Source of the DNA: an uncultured Desulfobulbaceae bacterium
GTDB lineage: Bacteria; Desulfobacterota; Desulfobulbia; Desulfobulbales; Desulfocapsaceae
Assembly (NCBI GenBank): GCA_903887485.1
Contig: CAISPV010000043.1
Location: 33,628 to 97,627 of the forward strand
Length of the DNA: 64,000 nt
Reading direction: 5' to 3'
The first letter of the stretch is position 1. The number at the start of each line of letters is the position of its first letter. Both the position numbers and the translations under genes were made by a program. Below the pieces are notes generated by a model. The model ran no database searches. It was not told the origin of the DNA and saw only the letters and a list, made by a program, of their open reading frames with translations. Shown here one piece after another: positions 57,895-64,000 of the stretch.

Positions 57895-59160
57895 TCACAA
57901 ACTACGACCAAAACGAAGCACAGCTCCGGCTACCGAAAGCATGGTCTGCTCCTGCACCAGATCATGCCCGTTGTCGATAAAGGGCAGATAAACAAGCTCG
58001 GTCGCCTGCGGATGAAAAGAGAGACTAGGCAGAAGCGGCAAGACATCCCGCTTATTCAGGGCAGCTTCCGCCAGGACTATCTTCAACGCCTGCACCGCCT
58101 CTGTTCGGGGCAGGGTCACCGGGTACAGGCCGCGGGCCATAGTGGCCTCCCCTGGTGGCAGACGTTTCTGGGTCAGGGTTATGTTTTTTGCCAGATTCAA
58201 AAAAGTCTGGGGCCGGATCTTAAACGCCGGCACCCAGAAACAGAGGGCCATCCGATCATGCTCCGGCCGCACCACCAAGGGCTGATTGGTCAGACGCAAA
58301 AAATCGCCGAACGATTCCATTACCACACCGGTCACATTGACCTCTATCTTCCAGAACGGCAGATAGGTCGCGTCCTTCTGCCGGGAAGGAACCCGCTGCC
58401 AGGGAAGAGACCGGAACTGCCCTCCTGCCTCTTCCCAGGAAGTATCACAGTTACGACAGGAAAGGATCAAACTGTCCGTTTCCCCATCGAGAAGCTCACC
58501 ACAGGCTGGACACAGAGTGGCCAGAAAACGGGGCATCCACTGGCTCTGAAAAGGCAGACTCTTTTTTTTCAGCTCATCGCTGGGGCCACTTCGCGCCAGC
58601 CTGATATTCGTCACCGCGTCATAAAGGATATGGTCATAAATATAGAGAGGCAGATAGATATAACTGATTGTCTCGCCGATATAGGCCCGATGATAAAACG
58701 GCTCCCTATTCTGCTCCGAATCAATCTCCGTCAGTTGCGCCGCCTTTTCCAGGATGGCGATGGCCTTGACCGACTGACGGAAAAAAGAGCCGGCAATCTC
58801 TTCGCTCATCAGCGAGACCTTCATGGCCTGCGGTCTCAAACCAAGAGATGGCGGCAGAGCCGTGGCCTTCAGCCCCAGATGGGTGATATCGACAACCCGG
58901 TTCTGCACCTCTTTCCCTTTACAGTAAAAAACATTCCCTTTGAAATGAAGATAAGGGGCGTAGAAAAGCTCTTCTCTGGGGATATGCGCCGGGGCCTTGT
59001 CCGGGAGGACAAAACGCGACAGCCCGCTGGTGATCCGGTAATTGCGCACCCCGCAGAAAGGACACTGCAACAACCGGTCTGCCTCATGGGCCTCAATGGC
59101 AGCCCCACAGGAAGGGCAATTCTGCTGAACGGTAAGATCCATATCGAAGTCATTGTTCAA
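57895..59160 (-). CDS. Internally duplicated zinc-ribbon protein (hypothetical; YdjG-like partner of the SPFH protein?)
   Basis: There are two CxxC...CxxC ribbons: 'CPSCGAAIEAHEADRLLQCPFCG' at the N-terminus and 'CPACGELLDGETDSLILSCRNC' mid-protein. The composition is protein-like, unlike the antisense ORF. Confidence 0.6.
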   Translation of the reverse strand: MNNDFDMDLTVQQNCPSCGAAIEAHEADRLLQCPFCGVRNYRITSGLSRFVLPDKAPAHIPREELFYAPYLHFKGNVFYCKGKEVQNRVVDITHLGLKATALPPSLGLRPQAMKVSLMSEEIAGSFFRQSVKAIAILEKAAQLTEIDSEQNREPFYHRAYIGETISYIYLPLYIYDHILYDAVTNIRLARSGPSDELKKKSLPFQSQWMPRFLATLCPACGELLDGETDSLILSCRNCDTSWEEAGGQFRSLPWQRVPSRQKDATYLPFWKIEVNVTGVVMESFGDFLRLTNQPLVVRPEHDRMALCFWVPAFKIRPQTFLNLAKNITLTQKRLPPGEATMARGLYPVTLPRTEAVQALKIVLAEAALNKRDVLPLLPSLSFHPQATELVYLPFIDNGHDLVQEQTMLSVAGAVLRFGRSL

Positions 59161-59175
59161 AAGATTCTAATGTCA

Positions 59176-59340
59176 GAGGCTCTTGCAAAAGCACCATTAA
59201 ATTCCCTCCCCCCTGGAGGGGGAGGGTTAGGGTGGGGGGGAAGTAGCCATGAAATCATCATGTTGCATGCTTCACCCTCCCCCGAACCCCCTCCCGTCAA
59301 GGGAGGGGGGACATATTTGGAAGAGTTTTGCAAGAGGCTC
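59176..59340. repeat. MITE-like GC-rich nested palindrome ('GEG' family), copy 4
   Basis: Terminal inverted repeat GAGGCTCTTGCAAAA (59176-59190) / TTTTGCAAGAGGCTC (59326-59340), with one mismatch. Hairpins are CCCTCCCCCCTGGAGGGGGAGGG and CCCCCTCCCGTCAAGGGAGGGGGG. Confidence 0.8.
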
Positions 59341-59468
59341 GTCATTCAATACCATAACCGACATAATGAGCCGTAATAAAACGGATATTTTGAGCTCCTT
59401 GTATGTTATCTGCCAGACGCCACACCAGGAAACAGCAGGAAAGATTGCTGTTTCTTGGATGCGACATA

Positions 59469-59523
59469 AGAGGCCGTAAATACAAAGAGCAAGAAAAGCT
59501 TTGCTCTTTGTATAACGGCCTCT
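59469..59523. repeat. Long hairpin abutting the stop codon of the SPFH gene (possible terminator or stabiliser)
   Basis: AGAGGCCGTAAATACAAAGAGCAA - loop - TTGCTCTTTGTATAACGGCCTCT, giving 9 + 12 bp of stem around a small internal loop. It shares the GCCGTAA...GCAAG layout with the hairpin at 8692-8747. Confidence 0.55.
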
Positions 59524-60655
59524 AATCAATCCGCTGCCCACAGTGGTTACAGAACATGGCGCCAGGCAGATTTTCGGCCTTACAAGCGGGACACAGGGTA
59601 ACCTTCGGCCTTTCCGTGGCAGGATGGCCGCACTTGGAACAGAACTTGGCATTCAGCGCCAGATTTTCGCCACAGTGGGCGCACTGGCTCAGGACAACCT
59701 GCTGATGGCCGCATAAAGGACAAAAGCGAGCAGCAGCAGGAATTACATTCTGGCAATCAGGGCACGTCGTGGTCTTTTCATCGCTGGTCTGGGCGGAAAC
59801 ACCGGCTCCACCAAGACCATGGGCAAACATGGCCGGCATCATCATTCCCATCCCCAGACCGATGCCGGCCCCGGCCTCCCCCTGATTCTCCGCAGCCTTT
59901 TCCATGGCCATGGCCGCCTTCATCTTCACAAATTTATCAATATCATGGATCACATTCAGACGGCTCTTGTCATCAATGGCCTTCTGCACCTCTTCCGGCG
60001 GGGTAATCGAGGTAATATAGAGCTGGCTGAGTTGCAGGCCAAAATGCGCAAAATCACCAATCAACCGTTTCTGCAACTGCAGGGACAACTCATCAAAGCG
60101 GCCCGGCAGATTGAGGATGGAGTCCAGAACCTCGCCCAGATAATCGTTAAAGCGCGAGACAATCACTGCCTTGAGATAGGTATCGATGGAATCCGTGGTG
60201 AAGCGTCCCATGGTGCCCACCAGGGAGTTGATAAAGAGCACCGGCTGGACAATCTGGATATTAAAGACGCCATGGGCCCGTAGCCGAATCAGCCCCAGTT
60301 CACTGTCCCTAAAGGCAACGGGGTTCATCGTCCCCCATTTCAGGTTGGTGAAATACTTCATGTTGACCATATAGACCTCGGCCCTCAAGGGACTATTGCC
60401 GCGCCACGGCACCGAGATGATCTTGGTCAGCAGGGGGAGATTGCCCGTCTTCAGGGTGTGCCGACCAGGCCCAAAGGCATCACAGGCTTTGCCCTCATAA
60501 AACAGGACCCCGGCCTGACTTTCGCGCACGGTGAGCTGCGCCCCCCACTTGATCTCACCCGATCCCTCTTCCGGCAACCGGTGCACCAGTTCCTGGCCCG
60601 TCTCGTCAAACCACTCTATGTTTTCAAGAAAGATGGCGCTATCAAATGTATTCAT
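59522..60655 (-). CDS. SPFH/Band-7 domain protein with C-terminal multiple zinc ribbons (COG4260 / YdjI-like)
   Basis: An SPFH-like core ('VLFYEGKACDAFGPGRHTL', 'AFRDSELGLIRLRAHGVFNIQI'), a Gly/Met-rich linker, then 'CPDCQN..CPLCGH', 'CAHCGE..CSKCGH' and 'CPACKA..CNHCGQ'. Confidence 0.75.
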   Translation of the reverse strand: MNTFDSAIFLENIEWFDETGQELVHRLPEEGSGEIKWGAQLTVRESQAGVLFYEGKACDAFGPGRHTLKTGNLPLLTKIISVPWRGNSPLRAEVYMVNMKYFTNLKWGTMNPVAFRDSELGLIRLRAHGVFNIQIVQPVLFINSLVGTMGRFTTDSIDTYLKAVIVSRFNDYLGEVLDSILNLPGRFDELSLQLQKRLIGDFAHFGLQLSQLYITSITPPEEVQKAIDDKSRLNVIHDIDKFVKMKAAMAMEKAAENQGEAGAGIGLGMGMMMPAMFAHGLGGAGVSAQTSDEKTTTCPDCQNVIPAAARFCPLCGHQQVVLSQCAHCGENLALNAKFCSKCGHPATERPKVTLCPACKAENLPGAMFCNHCGQRID

Positions 60656-60786
60656 GATATTCTCCCTATCAGCAGATTTTCCCGACCGTTTCCCTCTTCC
60701 GGCTTCCGACTTGCAGAGCCAATATAATGAATTATAGTATACTCCAGGCCCTTACTCCAGACAAAAACTTCAAGAGAGATCAGAAA

Positions 60787-61134
60787 ATGGACATCAAAGA
60801 CCAATGGACAGTGGAAACGGCGATGGAGGTCCTGCAGCACAAGACCGTTGATTCAAAACTGTGGGCCGAGGCCGTTGAATGGCTGATCCTCTTTGGCCCT
60901 CCCGAGGTTCGTGACCTGCTCCTGCAATCCTCCGGCACGGCCACCAGCCACTGTTTCCCGGAACTCAAGGCGACAGGCTATGCGCCAGACGGCCAGCCCT
61001 GTTATCATGTCGCCGAGATCGCCAGCTCGTTGCAGATCAGCGAGAAAGAAGCAAAAGAGATCATTGCCAGAAAACAGGAGGAGCACAAGATGCCCCACTT
61101 TATCGACGAGGCGGAAACCCATAAGGTGCAATGA
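60787..61134 (+). CDS. Hypothetical protein
   Basis: ORF with protein-like composition. The start is set at the internal ATG giving 'MDIKDQW'. I recognised no family. Confidence 0.4.
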   Translation: MDIKDQWTVETAMEVLQHKTVDSKLWAEAVEWLILFGPPEVRDLLLQSSGTATSHCFPELKATGYAPDGQPCYHVAEIASSLQISEKEAKEIIARKQEEHKMPHFIDEAETHKVQ

Positions 61135-61195
61135 TCAGCAAAAAAGAGAGACCCGCTCACCAGGGCGATGGGGACAAAGAACGGAAGGAGGAAAG

Positions 61196-61630
61196 GTGAA
61201 ACAGGAGGTTGGAGGCATTCTTGTTGCCGGTCAGTTTATACTCCTTGCCTTGCTGGCGGCAACCACCAACTGGCACGCCCTCTCGCTGCTGGCCCTGCCG
61301 TTTCTCATCGCCTCCCTCCTGCTGGCCGGCTGGGCCGTCAAGGTCATGCGCCTGGGTCATTTCAATATCCTCCCGACCATCAGGGACGGGGCTATCCTCG
61401 TCACTCACGGCCCCTACCGCTACATCCGGCACCCCATGTATGCCAGTCTTCTGCTTGCCGGAGTCGGCCTGCTCCTCATCTCCTGCACCTGGCTGCGCCT
61501 TGCCGCCTTTCTGGCCCTGTGGCTTGTCCTCTATTGCAAACTGAGGATCGAAGAAAAGCTGCTTGCTGACCACTTCCCCGACTATGCCCGCTACCAGAAA
61601 CGCTCTCGGATGCTGTTCCCTTGGTTCTAA
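61196..61630 (+). CDS. Membrane methyltransferase of the isoprenylcysteine carboxyl / phospholipid methyltransferase (ICMT/PEMT) family
   Basis: 'THGPYRYIRHPMYASLLLAGVG' is the family signature. The GTG start at 61196 is preceded by the strong RBS GGAAGGAGGAAAG. The ORF-track extension to 60893 overlaps the previous gene and is not protein-like. Confidence 0.7.
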   Translation: MKQEVGGILVAGQFILLALLAATTNWHALSLLALPFLIASLLLAGWAVKVMRLGHFNILPTIRDGAILVTHGPYRYIRHPMYASLLLAGVGLLLISCTWLRLAAFLALWLVLYCKLRIEEKLLADHFPDYARYQKRSRMLFPWF

Positions 61631-61818
61631 ATTGCCCCTCTGTTTTTTGAAGTGTTTTTGTCGTCCGCATCGGGTATCCTCAAACAGATTATAGATGTTG
61701 GGCGACAGAAAACCATTCGCAGCATAGAAATAAATCTACTGTACAAACAAACAGTTAAGAGACTTGATATGCCTATCTCAATATTGGCTCATTCTGTCTC
61801 TTACACTATTGGAATCCT

Positions 61819-62121
61819 ATGATGATCAATAAAAATATTCTAAAATCTATTTTGACAGGTGCTTTCATAAGTACTTTTATTACCGTATCACTCCTTGCGT
61901 CGTCCTTCTTTGGCCTATCCTATTTGTTCAAAGTATTTATTTACTTTGGTTATCCATTTTTATACATTCTAGAAAAATTAGTCCCTTCATCTTTCGTTTA
62001 TTGGCTTTTCCCTGAAGGTAGTGCGCCCGCTGGAGTTTTCTTTATATTACTTGCCTCCTGGAGTCAGCTGACTATTATCATGGCAGCAATGAGCCACTTC
62101 TATTTTATAAAAAAGCTCTAA
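61819..62121 (+). CDS. Small multi-TM membrane protein (hypothetical), in the low-GC islet
   Basis: 100 aa with three hydrophobic segments and an AT-rich codon bias unlike the core genes. Confidence 0.45.
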   Translation: MMINKNILKSILTGAFISTFITVSLLASSFFGLSYLFKVFIYFGYPFLYILEKLVPSSFVYWLFPEGSAPAGVFFILLASWSQLTIIMAAMSHFYFIKKL

Positions 62122-62126
62122 AGAGT

Positions 62127-62540
62127 ATGACAACCTTTAAAAATACATTGCTTATCGGAATTGCTATAACATCTGCTATAATATTTGGATGTGTGCCAGT
62201 CCAACCAGCAAAACAGAAGCTCGTTGGGAAGTGGCGTGTGGTATGGAACTGCGGAACTGAGGAATTGGACCTGAAGGCGGATATGAGCTACGTTCATGAA
62301 ATAGAATACACAAATGGCGGTCACGCGAAACATAACGGAATCTGGAAGGTAACCCAGAAAGAATCTACTTTAGAAGGTGGACATGTTGTGCTCGAAGAAG
62401 CAGTGGAATTCTGCTCGGCATTTGGAGAGAAACTGAAACAGCCGGAACGTGGCGAACGAAAATTGGAGACTGTATGGGAGTGGGGGCGCATGATTCTCAG
62501 CTTTAACCCTGATTGGCAAGGCTTTGAACGCGTAAAGTGA
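62127..62540 (+). CDS. Putative lipoprotein (hypothetical), in the low-GC islet
   Basis: Lipobox-like 'AIIFGC'. It starts 5 nt after the previous ORF. Length is 137 aa. Confidence 0.45.
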   Translation: MTTFKNTLLIGIAITSAIIFGCVPVQPAKQKLVGKWRVVWNCGTEELDLKADMSYVHEIEYTNGGHAKHNGIWKVTQKESTLEGGHVVLEEAVEFCSAFGEKLKQPERGERKLETVWEWGRMILSFNPDWQGFERVK

Positions 62541-62595
62541 TCGTCTGACCAGCAACCAACCTGGCGGTCCACAGCGACGCGCCCAAAAGCGGCGC

Positions 62596-62799
62596 GTGAC
62601 CGCCGAGTTATGCAATGAAAGGAGAGTGAAGGTGCAAGACATTCCAGACTTGTTGGAAGCACTCAGGCGTTCGCCCAAAATACTATCTCAGTTTGTCCAG
62701 ACCATTCCGGAGAGTAAACTGGATTTACGAAGAGGTGAAGGCTTCTGGACGGTCGTCTTAACGTGCTTATCCCCGCCAGCGGTTTTGTGGTGCTGGTGA
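62596..62799 (+). pseudogene. Truncated DinB-superfamily (DinB_2-like) gene remnant
   Basis: 'IPDLLEALRRSPKILSQFVQTIPESKLDLRRGEGFWTV' looks like the first helix pair of DinB-like proteins. The frame then degenerates and stops before the expected His-containing helices. Confidence 0.35.
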
Positions 62800-63491
62800 A
62801 GCAATGATGCCGAATCGGGTACGGACAGGTGTTTAGCCCGCCCTTACCACACCCTTCGAGAAATTTAAAAATGGGAGGGGATGCCCTTACCGGATACCAT
62901 CCGTCGTCTTTTTAAGTCTTGAATCGTGAACGACGTGATCATTGCTTATATTTCAAGACCTGACCTTGCTATTAAGCCTACTCATTATTCAAAAGTTCTT
63001 TTCCGTACAAAAACCATTGCCAGAAGAACAGACGAGTAAAAGATATTCTGTAAAATAACAAAATATCTTTTACTTCTCTATCTGCTTGCGATAGCATTCA
63101 GTATTATCAAGAAACAAAGTCGTCACCGACAAGCAACACTTCTCGTCCCAAGAAAGCCCAATCTGTCATTCATTGCCATCCAACCCATTTTCCTGATCAA
63201 GAAAGGATTGCGTTATGGTCGATGCCCCGAAGAACACAATCAAGAACTCTTTTCATCAGCCGCTTTCTGCCGTTGATTCTTACCACAGAGAAAACACGAT
63301 AAAAAGGCGTTACCTGATGGTCAACGTCACCAATTTTAGCGCTTATCCTCACCTAGCGCTGCCTCAAACCCCCATAAACAGAGGAATGAATATCGTCCAG
63401 AGGGAGGTGAATTGAAAAAGGCCGATGCTGCCTTCCACCTGACAACCTGAGCCATTACCATCCATCCAATCCTTTTTTCAGGAGGTTCGAG

Positions 63492-63869
63492 ATGCGAACG
63501 AGTTTCCGCTTTACCTTACTGCTTGCTTTCCTCTGTCTGGTCTGGACCTGCGCCAGCGCCCAGGGTTCCGAAGGCAGCGCTTCCAAGACCGGCAAACATC
63601 CGGAAATCACCGAGCAGGAAAAATTAGTCGCCTGCTCTGAATGCCATCAGACAGCTACCCCCGAGGTCTATAAACAGTGGTTTGACTCATTACACGGCAT
63701 CGGCATGGTGAAATGTTATCAATGCCACGGCACCTTTGAAAATTTCAATGTGGAACCGGCCGTCTCAGTTTGTGCGACATGCCACAAAAAAATGGTTGAG
63801 AAATGTCCCAAGGATCAAAAATGCTGGGCCTGTCACAAACCACATTCATTCAAGCGGGCGAACAAATAA
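63492..63869 (+). CDS. Periplasmic tetrahaem cytochrome c
   Basis: A signal peptide plus four CXXCH motifs (CSECH, CYQCH, CATCH, CWACH) in 125 aa. Confidence 0.85.
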   Translation: MRTSFRFTLLLAFLCLVWTCASAQGSEGSASKTGKHPEITEQEKLVACSECHQTATPEVYKQWFDSLHGIGMVKCYQCHGTFENFNVEPAVSVCATCHKKMVEKCPKDQKCWACHKPHSFKRANK

Positions 63870-63879
63870 GGAGGGGGCG

Positions 63880-64000
63880 ATGGTACAGACACGACGTGAT
63901 TTTCTGAAACGAACGGCGGCGCTCAGCGCTGCATCTTATCTGGGAATGCTCCTGCCTTTTAATAGTGCGGGCGAGGCGCTGGCCGCAGACGATACCGTGT
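63880..64000 (+). CDS. Tat-exported redox enzyme subunit, N-terminal fragment (continues beyond the window)
   Basis: RBS AAGGAGGGGG, then 'MVQTRRDFLKRTAALSAASYL', a twin-arginine signal typical of molybdopterin or Fe-S oxidoreductase subunits. Confidence 0.6.
   Translation, partial: MVQTRRDFLKRTAALSAASYLGMLLPFNSAGEALAADDTV

Noticed and set aside
57706-59376. A 556-aa plus-strand ORF, the longest ORF in this stretch.
   Set aside because: It is antisense to the zinc-ribbon protein gene (57895-59160), runs through the deaminase 5' end and into a repeat element, and has an Arg/Gln/His/Pro-rich low-complexity composition. The minus-strand frame has balanced composition and paired CxxC ribbons.
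63215-63415. A 66-aa ORF in the gene-free AT-rich stretch upstream of the cytochrome gene.
   Set aside because: It has no RBS and no recognisable motif or signal, and it lies in apparently decayed low-GC DNA. The evidence is insufficient to call a gene.

Overview
This is a 64-kb chromosomal segment that looks like a Desulfobacterota (deltaproteobacterial) genome. That assignment is an inference from gene content: DapL-type lysine pathway, multihaem cytochrome c, and many PAS-rich sensor kinases. I found no rRNA, tRNA or CRISPR. Most of the window is housekeeping: dapL', ispH, Fe-ADH, galE, ugd, a DegT-type aminotransferase, panD/panC, xseA, PBP1A, mutL, eno, hslVU, xerC, xseB-ispA-dxs and tatBC. 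Three segments look foreign. (1) A solitary 1,448-aa NACHT/STAND-type NTPase gene (606-4952) carries a C-terminal PD-(D/E)xK-like motif, is less GC-rich than its neighbours, and is wedged between dapL and ispH. It is my best candidate for an undescribed single-gene defence or sensor system. (2) A complete type I restriction-modification cassette, hsdM-hsdS-hsdR (14281-20672), has AT-rich target-recognition modules in hsdS. (3) A low-GC islet (about 61650-63480) holds small membrane and lipoprotein genes plus a DinB-like remnant. An eight-gene two-component and c-di-GMP signalling cluster spans 30460-45121 and contains recurrent Cys-motif PAS domains. A minus-strand group at 56235-60655 encodes an SPFH/zinc-ribbon protein, a duplicated zinc-ribbon protein, a deaminase and a radical-SAM enzyme. 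The intergenic DNA carries several repeat families: GC-rich nested palindromes that read 'GEG' when translated, CTGAAGG heptamer hairpins, GGGCGAC-core palindromes, and a roughly 72-nt hairpin element shared by the dxs and PBP1A leaders. All calls come from reading the ORF translations and the sequence by eye. No database searches were run.
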